IMG/VR virus record: IMGVR_UViG_3300028840_003067
Span: 3,786-67,785 of that record
Length of the DNA: 64,000 nucleotides
Direction: 5' to 3' (one strand)
DNA from: a virus
The translations under genes and the position numbers were made by a program. The notes below the pieces were generated by a model. The model saw only the letters and a list, made by a program, of their open reading frames with translations. It had not been told where the DNA came from and ran no database searches. Below are positions 1 to 8,608 of the stretch, in pieces. Within the stretch, counting starts at the first letter, position 1; every line of letters starts with the position of its first letter.

Positions 1-17
1 CGTTTTCGACGGAAGGG

Positions 18-404
18 TTGACGGAGAAGACGCGTGTCGGCGAGTACCCGTTTCGATCACAGTACACGACCTATCAGGCGATCTGTGACGCACTGGATCG
101 GATGGAACTGTCCGCACGAAAAGATTTTAAGAACGGCGAGGCGTTCAGAGTGTTGGGACGGTACCAACGGTTGTCGGAGGTCGAGGCGGTCACCGTGACA
201 TCTCTACCGGACGAACAGACGGCCTGGATCCGGACGGCGAACGGAGAGCGACAGAAGGTCTCACGGTCGTCTCTCTATGCGAGCCGAGCGGCCTGTAACG
301 CGTACGTCAAGGCATTGGCCCACGAGGAGCACCGGCATCGGAAGGTCTGTGAGGACTTACAGGTGGCATTGAATGGGTCGTTGTGGCAACCGAAGTCGGA
401 GTAA
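18..404 (+). CDS. hypothetical phage protein (may be 5'-truncated by the window edge)
   Basis: 128-aa ORF co-oriented with the early gene array. Confidence 0.55.
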   Translation: MTEKTRVGEYPFRSQYTTYQAICDALDRMELSARKDFKNGEAFRVLGRYQRLSEVEAVTVTSLPDEQTAWIRTANGERQKVSRSSLYASRAACNAYVKALAHEEHRHRKVCEDLQVALNGSLWQPKSE

Positions 405-485
405 CACAGATGTTGGAGAAATGAGACGGTCCCTGTGTGAAAGACGACACACAGCACGAGACACGCAGTACGCCATGCGTCATGT

Positions 486-529
486 TATCAAGGGGTTCGA
501 GGGTCGTCGTCGGTGGTACGGGGTTTGCA
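486..529 (+). promoter_or_regulatory. sigma-54 promoter with upstream IHF-like site
   Basis: TGGTACG-GGGT-TTGCA at 514-529; TATCAA-GGGG-TTC at 486-498; GGGAGG RBS and ATG 560 downstream. Confidence 0.7.
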
Positions 530-559
530 TTCTCTTCAGGTATGGGAGGCGCGACGAGC

Positions 560-718
560 ATGTGTGAACAGCAGTGTGGAAATTGTACGTGCGAGACACA
601 GAACGAACCTGAGCGATGGTTCGATACCGAGACACACACGGAGCATCAGAGCGCCCTGTGCGACCTGTGCCGGTTCGATGCAGTGCTCGGTGAGGAGTCC
701 CTGCGGTACGTCAACTAA
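560..718 (+). CDS. small Cys-rich (Zn-ribbon-like) protein
   Basis: GGGAGG RBS before ATG 560; CGNC and CDLC motifs. Confidence 0.55.
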   Translation: MCEQQCGNCTCETQNEPERWFDTETHTEHQSALCDLCRFDAVLGEESLRYVN

Positions 719-738
719 GACACGGAGGCAAGACGAAC

Positions 739-903
739 ATGCACGAAGAACAATGCGATTGGTGCCGTAAGGGAACGAGTCAGGTGATCAAGCGAATGAA
801 GCGCGTGTATATTGACGACGAGGGCGAATGGGAGCCGGAGTACGTCTGCTTCGCGTGCCTCGATGCTGATGCCCGTATGAGGTCGTACGATGCCCGATGG
901 TAA
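739..903 (+). CDS. small Zn-ribbon-like protein (not in ORF track)
   Basis: GGAGG RBS; MHEEQCDWC...VCFAC. Confidence 0.55.
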   Translation: MHEEQCDWCRKGTSQVIKRMKRVYIDDEGEWEPEYVCFACLDADARMRSYDARW

Positions 904-1084
904 TGAACTGACGCACGTGTGGCAAGCGTGCCTGTATACCAAAGGGCATGTGACTCCGATGTGCGGTCGGATCTTCCGGACGTACGAGGGGTACAAGCGG
1001 TTCGCGGAGTCGTTCCCTGAAGAATCGAAACGAGTGTTAGGTGTGGTCGCCATCACGTATCAATGTTTGCGTATTGAAGATTAG
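890..1084 (+). CDS. hypothetical protein
   Basis: ORF packed between co-oriented genes, GAGG upstream. Confidence 0.45.
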   Translation: MPDGNELTHVWQACLYTKGHVTPMCGRIFRTYEGYKRFAESFPEESKRVLGVVAITYQCLRIED

Positions 1085-1095
1085 GGGGTGAACCG

Positions 1096-1284
1096 ATGTC
1101 ACTATCTGAACCACGCATTGTTCGAATCGGCGAGACGCATTACGTGTGGCTGTGTGGATTTCATCGGGAGAGTTATACCGAGTGTGAGAGTTTCGCGGAG
1201 GCGGTGGCGCTCAAGCGGAGGATCCGGAGAGATCCGGCCTACGCGGAGCAGGGCATACATGGATTCGAGGCCGGTATAGCTTAG
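1096..1284 (+). CDS. hypothetical protein
   Basis: AGGGGG RBS; 62 aa; 3' end overlaps tRNA-Thr. Confidence 0.5.
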   Translation: MSLSEPRIVRIGETHYVWLCGFHRESYTECESFAEAVALKRRIRRDPAYAEQGIHGFEAGIA

Positions 1285-1345
1285 TGTTCAAAGCTCTCGC
1301 CTTGTAAGCGAGTGATCGGGGGTTGAAATCCCTCTACCGGCTCCA
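1270..1345 (+). tRNA. tRNA-Thr(UGU)
   Basis: Cloverleaf: acceptor GCCGGTA/TACCGGC, D stem GCTT/AAGC, anticodon stem CTCGC/GCGAG with loop CTTGTAA, T stem GGGGG/CCCTC, encoded CCA. Confidence 0.85.
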
Positions 1346-1360
1346 ATAATAGGTGTAACG

Positions 1361-1561
1361 ATGTTTAATCACTGTGTGGTCAAATTGACGGGGAAGACCA
1401 AGAAGGGGAAGGAACGCGTCAAGCAGTTCGGCACGCTCTGGACGATTGAGACGCGGGTCGATCCGACCGGACAAGGCCGATGGTGTGTCGTCTGTCCACC
1501 GAGTATGCGATGGGTCCATCCGACACACGATGCAGATTTCGATGTGGAGTTGCTACCGTAG
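1361..1561 (+). CDS. hypothetical protein
   Basis: AGGTG RBS, 66 aa. Confidence 0.6.
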   Translation: MFNHCVVKLTGKTKKGKERVKQFGTLWTIETRVDPTGQGRWCVVCPPSMRWVHPTHDADFDVELLP

Positions 1562-1811
1562 TGCACAGTTCTCACGAAAGGGGATGGAGATGCGAGCACG
1601 TGAATTGAAGGCGCACTTGAACACACTGGCGGAGGCAGAGCTAGATCGAGATGTCGTGATCGAGGGGTGTGATTGCTGCGGGGAGGCGTTGGACGTAAAG
1701 CTGGAAGACTGGCCGTGGAGAAAGGAGAGCGAGAAGAATCCGGAGGTTCTGTTTATCACACGCGATATGAGTCAATGGTAGTCAGTGTATATCTTAACCA
1801 CGAGGGAGGCG

Positions 1812-2321
1812 ATGATGGGCACGAAAGCGCAAATTGGATTTCACGAGACCTTGGCTGACCGACCGGTGGCCATTCTTACACAGCATAACGACGGGCATCC
1901 GACCGGTAAGTCCGGCGTGATGTCGGAGTTGATGGAAATTTGTCCGTCGTTGCTCAAGCGGTACGGGTTTTACGAACCGGCGTATCTTGCGGCTCGAACG
2001 CTCGTCATGCTCGCGTTGCGGTTGGATGAACGCAAAGAGGATCCTCACAATGTATGGGGCTACACGGTAGGCGCTGAGCTTCGTGATGCGACGCGGTTTT
2101 ACTACGCGGTGACGAAAGAGGGCGTACACGTGTACGACGCACGAGGGATGGTCGATGAGGATCTGGGGAAGTTGGAAGATATCGAGGAAATGTTTTTCAC
2201 GGCCTGGGTCAACGACGACGAGCGGCGTGAATTGGAGAAAGAAATCGCAACAACCGATGCGTCACTGAAGGCGATGAAGCTTCGCCTTGAAAGCCTCAAG
2301 CGGAATGGAGCGTTAGTCTAA
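1812..2321 (+). CDS. hypothetical phage protein
   Basis: GGGAGG RBS; MGTKAQIG...HNDGHP motif resembles the conserved 'MGTR...HxDGYP' early phage proteins; C-terminal coiled coil. Confidence 0.7.
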   Translation: MMGTKAQIGFHETLADRPVAILTQHNDGHPTGKSGVMSELMEICPSLLKRYGFYEPAYLAARTLVMLALRLDERKEDPHNVWGYTVGAELRDATRFYYAVTKEGVHVYDARGMVDEDLGKLEDIEEMFFTAWVNDDERRELEKEIATTDASLKAMKLRLESLKRNGALV

Positions 2322-2521
2322 TGCGTCGGTCGGATCCACGTCACTATACCTGGGGGGTGAAGATCCGGAGCATCGACAAAGTTCTGATGTATAACATGAC
2401 ACGAGAAGAGGCGGAGGCAGTCGCGGGACAGGTTGAGGGCCTGTCCGCGGTGCCGATCGACAAGAAACGCTGTTCACCGAATCGACGACAGCATGAAGAA
2501 GGGCATGGGATTCAGATATGA
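2321..2521 (+). CDS. hypothetical protein
   Basis: TAATG stop/start coupling with the upstream gene. Confidence 0.5.
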   Translation: MRRSDPRHYTWGVKIRSIDKVLMYNMTREEAEAVAGQVEGLSAVPIDKKRCSPNRRQHEEGHGIQI

Positions 2522-2754
2522 TGGGCATCGCGCTCAGTATCAATGATAAGCTGTTAGCATTTTACGAGGTCCGTCGTGTCGAGCCGGTGGATCGACTACC
2601 GGCACCGACGACCCTCTGTACGTACCGTGTCTTTGACGACGAGGGAAACGAGGCGTTGCCTGAACCGATTCAACATCGGTATGGATGGGGAGCGGAGTCA
2701 CTGGCGTATCGAGTCCTCGGAAAACTGAAGAGGGCGCATGGTCAGCGTTCGTGA
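2518..2754 (+). CDS. hypothetical protein
   Basis: ATGA coupling, 78 aa. Confidence 0.5.
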   Translation: MMGIALSINDKLLAFYEVRRVEPVDRLPAPTTLCTYRVFDDEGNEALPEPIQHRYGWGAESLAYRVLGKLKRAHGQRS

Positions 2755-2759
2755 AGCAG

Positions 2760-2775
2760 TGGCACATATGTTGCA
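2760..2775 (+). promoter_or_regulatory. sigma-54 -24/-12 element
   Basis: TGGCACA-TATG-TTGCA, near-consensus; upstream of gene 2877 and tRNA-Met. Confidence 0.6.
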
Positions 2776-2876
2776 GCTTTGTGATTATGTGACAGATGCC
2801 ACGACGCTGTCCGATATCACAGTGCTCAAACAGAAGGCGCAGCAGGTTCGCCGGTTGTTAACCGAGGGGGACGACA

Positions 2877-3068
2877 ATGGTGTACATGTGGACGGTCAAA
2901 ATTCTCAAGGAGACGGGCATACCGGACAGAGCACAATACAACGTCGCGGCACGAACAGCAAAAGAGGCAATTAACAAGGCGGTTCGACAGGCGCAGTGCG
3001 ATATCGGCTATAAGCGACCGTATGTCTGTGTGTTTCTCGAACGTAGCGATACGTTCGTGGTGGTGTAG
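2877..3068 (+). CDS. hypothetical protein
   Basis: GAGGGGG RBS; stop codon overlaps the tRNA 5' end. Confidence 0.55.
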   Translation: MVYMWTVKILKETGIPDRAQYNVAARTAKEAINKAVRQAQCDIGYKRPYVCVFLERSDTFVVV

Positions 3069-3141
3069 CGGGGTAGATCAAAGGTAGATTACCGGCCTCA
3101 TAAGTCGGATGGTGAAGGTTCAAGTCCTTCCCCCGCTACCA
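3067..3141 (+). tRNA. tRNA with CAU anticodon (Met, initiator-like)
   Basis: Acceptor AGCGGGG/CCCCGCT, D stem GATC/GATT, anticodon stem CCGGC/GTCGG with loop CTCATAA, T arm GAAGG-TTCAAGT-CCTTC, ACCA end. Confidence 0.9.
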
Positions 3142-3170
3142 TTTTCATGTCTGGGGTTGAGTGGCACTAA

Positions 3171-3329
3171 ATGAGATCCGAGCCGACATTCTGTCCGATG
3201 TGCCATCGGAGGGCGTTTGAATGGGAGGGAAATTTTGGATGGTGTATGCTGTGTAGTTATAGTTGCACGAGATCGGACGGCGACGATCTGTCGGACGATG
3301 AAACAGGTCCGGAGGCGGTCAACGTATGA
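3171..3329 (+). CDS. small Zn-ribbon protein with acidic tail (not in ORF track)
   Basis: MRSEPTFCPMC...WCMLC; ATGA coupling to the next gene. Confidence 0.45.
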   Translation: MRSEPTFCPMCHRRAFEWEGNFGWCMLCSYSCTRSDGDDLSDDETGPEAVNV

Positions 3330-3691
3330 TGCCGACCGCTGAGTACATTGCAGGTTTCTTCGACGGCGAAGGATTAGTCGGCCTTTACTATGCCAAGCGC
3401 GACTCGCGGTGGTGTCCGGAGGTCGCTATCACACAGAAGTCCGATAGTCGGACCATGTTATTGATGCGACGGATTGCCGAGAGGTATCATGCGAAAGTCA
3501 AGTACGTGAATGGTGGGTATCTCGCGCTCAGTATCCGACGGAAAGATCGTGTCAGAGAATTTATTCGTGATGTGTTGCCGTTCTGTACGGTGAAGCATAC
3601 ACAGTTACTCGTGCTCGATGCGTGGTTGGAGACCGGCACGTACTCATACCGTACGGCTCAATTGTTAAAGACCTTAAAACGGAGGGCATGA
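3326..3691 (+). CDS. single-motif LAGLIDADG homing endonuclease
   Basis: N-terminal YIAGFFDGEG motif, AITQK strand, LPF..VK near the C-terminus. Confidence 0.85.
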   Translation: MMPTAEYIAGFFDGEGLVGLYYAKRDSRWCPEVAITQKSDSRTMLLMRRIAERYHAKVKYVNGGYLALSIRRKDRVREFIRDVLPFCTVKHTQLLVLDAWLETGTYSYRTAQLLKTLKRRA

Positions 3692-3823
3692 TGCGTCAAG
3701 GTACGAGGGAGCAGTTTCAGACCTGGTTAGCAGGGCGTGGGTTGACGCTGACGAAGTACAATCAACTCACCCCAGAGGCGAAGCGAGCGATCTATCAACA
3801 ATATCAGAAGCGAGGCACGAAAG

Positions 3824-4255
3824 ATGAAACCTTGGATTCACGCGGAAAATAGTGCGAAAAAGTGGGGCGGAAGTCCTGAAGACTATCTGCATATCCATGA
3901 TTGGTTCGATCAAACGAAGGCGCACTTCCCCGATATGCGGCATCGCGCCATTCTACATTCGAGCTTCGGGATCTTCCTTTGCGAATCTCAGTTTGGTACG
4001 TTCATCACGAATGAGTCCGGCAAGGCGGTCCAGGTGCGAGACATTGCAGAGCACCACGTGATCGAAGACCTGGGTTTCATTCCGACGATACAGGATTATC
4101 TAAAAGACATGCCGTTCTACGCATGGCTTGGTGGTAGGCCGAAGGTGAAACGGAAGATCAAGATCGAGGATCTTGATGACGTGGTATTCGACGGAGGGCG
4201 ACCGGCACCCTTGCCTCCATCACAGCCATTTGATACGACGAAGATCGTCGATTAG
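3824..4255 (+). CDS. conserved phage protein (DUF6915-like)
   Basis: MKPWIHAENSAKKWGG..DYLHIHDWFD..HRAILHSSFG..AEHHVIEDLG signature. Confidence 0.75.
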   Translation: MKPWIHAENSAKKWGGSPEDYLHIHDWFDQTKAHFPDMRHRAILHSSFGIFLCESQFGTFITNESGKAVQVRDIAEHHVIEDLGFIPTIQDYLKDMPFYAWLGGRPKVKRKIKIEDLDDVVFDGGRPAPLPPSQPFDTTKIVD

Positions 4256-4264
4256 GGAGGGGAT

Positions 4265-4537
4265 ATGTGGAAGGCGAATGTTCACGCTCCGATGTTTCTC
4301 ATTCAAGAAATTGACTGGCAGTACAACGACGAAATTTTCTATCGCTCGGATAACGGGCAGGGAGGTATTCCGAAGGTCATCTATACGACACAAGACGCGG
4401 CATACGCTGAGTGCAAGCGGTTGAACGCGGAACAATTAAAGAGGAACCCTGACATGCCGTGTGGGTACGAGCATGACGGAACGTACCCGACCGTGAAAGA
4501 ATTTTACGAAGTGGTTGAAGTGGAACTTGGAGGGTAA
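4265..4537 (+). CDS. hypothetical protein
   Basis: GGAGG RBS; WQYNDE motif. Confidence 0.6.
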   Translation: MWKANVHAPMFLIQEIDWQYNDEIFYRSDNGQGGIPKVIYTTQDAAYAECKRLNAEQLKRNPDMPCGYEHDGTYPTVKEFYEVVEVELGG

Positions 4538-4538
4538 C

Positions 4539-4967
4539 ATGATACCGAACGAGATCACCGAGTTTTTGAGCAAGAAGAGAGAGTTAGACCAACACGTGCA
4601 AGCGATTGGGAAAAATTCACTGCGCGAATTGTTCAACACGTTGTTCGAGTCCGACGAGCAGATGACGAATATTCGATGGACACAATACACGCCACACTTC
4701 AATGACGGGGAGCCGTGTGTGTTTCGGATCAATACGATCACGGTTAAGATGGACGGGAACGATGAAGACGGGGACAATGCCGACGGGTACCTGGACGCCT
4801 ACGATCTGGGTCGTCTCGGTAAACCCGCGGTCGAGGCTGCGCTCGAATCGTTGCAAGCGACGGCCTCTGAACTTGAACATGTGTTTCAGACGGTGTTTGG
4901 GGACGATGCCGAAGTGACGGTTTGGAGGAATGGCGAAATCGAGGTTGATTGCGTCGAGCACGATTAA
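4539..4967 (+). CDS. conserved acidic phage protein
   Basis: GGAGG RBS; WTQYTPHFNDGEPCVF motif. Confidence 0.7.
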   Translation: MIPNEITEFLSKKRELDQHVQAIGKNSLRELFNTLFESDEQMTNIRWTQYTPHFNDGEPCVFRINTITVKMDGNDEDGDNADGYLDAYDLGRLGKPAVEAALESLQATASELEHVFQTVFGDDAEVTVWRNGEIEVDCVEHD

Positions 4968-4978
4968 AATACCTCACA

Positions 4979-5036
4979 TGTCTCGTTTTTCCCACAACGC
5001 TGTGTCCGGAATGGCACATGTGGGAAAAACGAGACA
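4979..5036. repeat. 18-bp perfect inverted repeat / long hairpin
   Basis: TGTCTCGTTTTTCCCACA (4979-4996) and TGTGGGAAAAACGAGACA (5019-5036). Confidence 0.9.
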
Positions 5037-5041
5037 CGTAA

Positions 5042-5083
5042 TATCAAGCACTTATACTTTTTAAGCGGGGCATCCCGTTTGCA
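5042..5083 (+). promoter_or_regulatory. IHF site plus sigma-54 promoter
   Basis: TATCAA-GCAC-TTA matches WATCAANNNNTTR (5042-5054); GGGCATC-CCGT-TTGCA at 5068-5083; intergenic, before GGAGG RBS and ATG 5129. Confidence 0.75.
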
Positions 5084-5128
5084 TTGTAGAATGGTATCAG
5101 TGACATTCACCAATCAAACGGAGGGTTT

Positions 5129-6019
5129 ATGAATACACCAAGAGTCCCGATGCAAAGTGTGTTGGCGTATCAAGAGCGGTATGGGATTGCGTCTCAGATG
5201 GACGCGTTGAAGTCCCTCGCGCCTTCAGTGTTTACAACCGATTCCTCGCCGAAGGTTTCGGCGAAGTATCAACACGTGAACACCATCGACATTATCAACC
5301 ATATGTTGCTGAAGGGCTGGAACTTGGATCAAGTCGGAGAGACACGCGTTACACAGAAGACCCGTGAACGTGGTCTTGCTCCGTACGTGCAGCACGCGGT
5401 CACGCTCCGGCATCCGGAGTTCAAATTGGGGAAACTCAAGAAAGATGATGTGACTCCGAACATCATGCTCGGTGGCTCACATAACACGTCGTCCGTCGTG
5501 TGGATGATGGGTGGCATCTATCGGTGTTGGTGTGACAATCAGGCCCTCGTATCCATCGGAGATTTATTCTATTCGAAACATCGTCACATCGGGAGCTTCC
5601 AGGTCTTGATGGATGGGATCTATCGGTCCTTGGACAACATGGTCGCGCAAGTGGATAAGATCGGGGAGCCGATCCAGAAGTGGCAGAGCCTCACCCTGAC
5701 GGTCGAGCAGCGGTACGAGTACTTCCGACGCGTGATCGAACTTCGTCCGGAGAGCAAAGCGAAGACATTGGCGAAAGAGAACTTCGAGTCGTTCGACTAT
5801 CGGAGACGCGGAGCGGATCTTTCCAATGATTTGTTCACGGTGTACCAGGTCGTGCAAGAGCATACGATGCGTGGTCTCCGTGTTCCGATCCTTGTCAATG
5901 GTCAGAGTGCGGAGCGTTCGCTGACGAGGCCGGTTTCCGGAGTCAATACGTTCGTCGATTTGAATCGGGCGCTGTGGTCGGTGACAGATCGGTTCGCGGA
6001 CGAATTGGTCAATGGCTAA
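5129..6019 (+). CDS. DUF932/DUF945-family protein
   Basis: APSVF..SAKYQHVNT, GGIYRCWCDNQ, RR..D..NDLFTVYQVVQE..LNRALW motifs. Confidence 0.8.
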   Translation: MNTPRVPMQSVLAYQERYGIASQMDALKSLAPSVFTTDSSPKVSAKYQHVNTIDIINHMLLKGWNLDQVGETRVTQKTRERGLAPYVQHAVTLRHPEFKLGKLKKDDVTPNIMLGGSHNTSSVVWMMGGIYRCWCDNQALVSIGDLFYSKHRHIGSFQVLMDGIYRSLDNMVAQVDKIGEPIQKWQSLTLTVEQRYEYFRRVIELRPESKAKTLAKENFESFDYRRRGADLSNDLFTVYQVVQEHTMRGLRVPILVNGQSAERSLTRPVSGVNTFVDLNRALWSVTDRFADELVNG

Positions 6020-6225
6020 GCGCGAACGATCAAAGGCGGGAGAGGAGAACGATGTGGGCTCCTCTCCCACGGGGAGGTCTTGCTATGTCTGTGGCAAGCC
6101 GATCAAGAGAAACGATCTAGGTTTCTTCCCCGTCTCGCACATAATGTGCAAACCAGGCACGAGCAAGTGGCTCGCATGGTTCGACGAACTTCCGGCATCG
6201 AAGCAGACGGAATGTGGAAGGCTGA

Positions 6226-6825
6226 TTGCCGATCATGCACGAATTAAGTTGGTGGAGACACGTAAACGATTCGAGGAGTGGCGAAAACGAAAGGCGGACG
6301 AACGTGAACGCATTTACGACGGCCCTGTTGGAGAAGGCAGCGGAAGAGGAAGCGGGGATCTATCGCCCGTACTACCAAGGTCTGCGCGGTCTCGAAGTCG
6401 AGTATCGAAAGGTCTTCGAAAATCAACTCGCGCTGTTTCAAGACAACGAAGAGCCTCTTGAATACGCGCTTGCCAATTTAATGTACTCGGCTCATACAGC
6501 ACACTATTATCCCCTTGCGCCACCCTTTTGTCGGAAGGATATGTTACAGGCGGCACAGGCGGTGCTCAGTGTTCCGACCGGTCATGCGTGCCTGGTCTCG
6601 TTGATTGTGACAAATTTTCCGCAGGCGATGTTTTCCGCGGAGTACCTGTACTTCAAAAATCGGACGGCACTTCGATTCTTCGATCTGCCGGAAAAGGAGA
6701 GGCCCCCCGTCCTTCACGGCCACGACAAGAAGGATTGGGCAATTCCCTCGGAGCGGGTCGAGGCACTCCGTGATCTAGCACTTGAGATTTGGCAGAAGGA
6801 GCAATCGAGTGATTCTGAAGCATGA
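6226..6825 (+). CDS. hypothetical protein (start uncertain; overlaps ORF 6012-6461)
   Basis: 199-aa ORF with protein-like composition. Confidence 0.55.
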   Translation: MPIMHELSWWRHVNDSRSGENERRTNVNAFTTALLEKAAEEEAGIYRPYYQGLRGLEVEYRKVFENQLALFQDNEEPLEYALANLMYSAHTAHYYPLAPPFCRKDMLQAAQAVLSVPTGHACLVSLIVTNFPQAMFSAEYLYFKNRTALRFFDLPEKERPPVLHGHDKKDWAIPSERVEALRDLALEIWQKEQSSDSEA

Positions 6826-7123
6826 ACCAAAGGGCGATCCGCGGGGTCTTGCCGTATGGCGAACCGACTTGTCGTGGTTTGAGGGAGGGAAGTTCATCCC
6901 GATTACGGTGATCATCCAGTACGCGTATCCGAACATGGAAGTGATCGACGTGGATATCGATTGTCCGCGGAGCGTGTTAGAGTCAAGCGGGTTTCGAATC
7001 GAATCGGTCCTAGCAGCAACGGCATTAGAGGAGTTTACTAAACAACGGGAGACGTTACGACGTGAGCACAATAAGTCAAAAAAGAACGAGCCGGTTAACC
7101 GGATTGACCCCATGTTTCATTGA
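6782..7123 (+). CDS. hypothetical protein
   Basis: ORF in the co-oriented array. Confidence 0.5.
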   Translation: MRFGRRSNRVILKHEPKGDPRGLAVWRTDLSWFEGGKFIPITVIIQYAYPNMEVIDVDIDCPRSVLESSGFRIESVLAATALEEFTKQRETLRREHNKSKKNEPVNRIDPMFH

Positions 7124-7296
7124 TTGGCACAAGTACGCGTCCGTTACAAACCTGCTGGATCAGTACTCGCTCTCTCGAACCATGCACGATACCGTGGAGC
7201 AGCTTCGTATCGCGGACGTACTGGTCGAAGCTGTCATTCCGGAGTTACTCGAAAAGGCAAAGCAGTTCGATCAAATTGTGAATGAAGACGAGAAAC

Positions 7297-7863
7297 ATGT
7301 CTGAACGATTTGTAAAACGAGTTTACACGAACGAGACGTATGCGGATCGAGGCAATCGGTACGCGCTCGGTGCGCTGATTGCGGAGACGGTCGCGGCGTA
7401 TTATTGGGTCGATGCGTTCATCGAACGACGGAAGAGGCCGCGGACGTTCTGTGTGATCGGACAACGTGGTCTCGCTGAATACGCGGCAAAGAAAATCGAT
7501 GCGGTCCTTCGGTTAATCGAGCGATCCGCGGCACAGAACAACGAGACAATCGGTTGGCAGTTTGGAGCCGCGGTCTCACTCCGCAACACGCTACACGAGA
7601 AACGAGAATCGGAACGCAAAGATCCACGATACCATGAACAGATGGCGGCATCCGTGTTTCGCGCAAGGCGAGAACTGAATCACTCGTATAAGGTCGGGCA
7701 GTCTCAAGCCAAGGCGACGTTCGATATCGACGGATACAATCGAGGCAAGGCGGTGCCGTGGTCGGAGACAAGTTTTCAATCCCCGATTCAAGTGTTGGAT
7801 CGGTTTGCGTATACCCTCAACAATCCGGAGGAGATCAATGTACACGAAGGCGCACGTCCTTAA
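7297..7863 (+). CDS. hypothetical protein
   Basis: 188-aa ORF overlapping both neighbours. Confidence 0.55.
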   Translation: MSERFVKRVYTNETYADRGNRYALGALIAETVAAYYWVDAFIERRKRPRTFCVIGQRGLAEYAAKKIDAVLRLIERSAAQNNETIGWQFGAAVSLRNTLHEKRESERKDPRYHEQMAASVFRARRELNHSYKVGQSQAKATFDIDGYNRGKAVPWSETSFQSPIQVLDRFAYTLNNPEEINVHEGARP

Positions 7864-8608
7864 CGGACAAGGCCATGTGGCCTTAGTCGGATTCCTGGGA
7901 GGCGATAAGTCGATTGTCGATGCCGCACGCGTCTCGTACGCGCAGGATTCGATCGGTGACGAGCGAATCCTAAATGCGAAAGACGAGAAGCTGATCGAGT
8001 ACTTGATGAAGAACCGGCACACGTCTCCGTTTGAATCCGTGGTGTGTTCATTCGAAGTCGAGGCTCCGATCTTTGTGTTTCGGCAATGGCACCGTCATCG
8101 AACGTGGAGCTACAACGAAATTTCCGCACGCTACACCGAGCTACCGGAAAAGTTTTACGTGCCGTCCCCCTCGGATATCGGGGTACAGCATTCGAGCAAC
8201 AAACAGATGCGTCATGAGGTTGTCCTGACCGATGAAGAATATGCGAAGCGCGAGACGGAGATTACGAACTACACGACACAATGCCGTGATGCGTACGCAG
8301 CCTATGAGGAGCTAATCAAGGCGGGATGGCCTCGTGAATTAGCACGCGCAGTGCTCCCCGTCTCAATATTCTCTCGCATGGTCGGGACAGTGAACCTGCA
8401 TAACCTGTTTCACTTCCTTCGGCTGAGGCTCCACGTGCACGCGCAGGCCGAGATCCGAGAATATGCGGAGCAGATGGTCAACCTGATTCTACCCCACGTC
8501 CCGTATGCAGGTAGGGCCTTTATCCGGACGCTACAAATGGAGCCGACAGAATTTCCCTTAGCAAAGGTTGATTTAGCCATAAAAGGTGACTCATGCACCG
8601 AAATTTGA
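7838..8608 (+). CDS. thyX: FAD-dependent thymidylate synthase
   Basis: HTSPFE, RHRTWSYNEISARY signature, ELARAVLP, HAQAEIR. Confidence 0.97.
   Translation: MYTKAHVLNGQGHVALVGFLGGDKSIVDAARVSYAQDSIGDERILNAKDEKLIEYLMKNRHTSPFESVVCSFEVEAPIFVFRQWHRHRTWSYNEISARYTELPEKFYVPSPSDIGVQHSSNKQMRHEVVLTDEEYAKRETEITNYTTQCRDAYAAYEELIKAGWPRELARAVLPVSIFSRMVGTVNLHNLFHFLRLRLHVHAQAEIREYAEQMVNLILPHVPYAGRAFIRTLQMEPTEFPLAKVDLAIKGDSCTEI

Noticed and set aside
6012-6082. tRNA T-arm-like hairpin GTGGG-CTCCTCT-CCCAC
   Set aside because: No TTC loop, acceptor stem, anticodon arm or CCA could be built.
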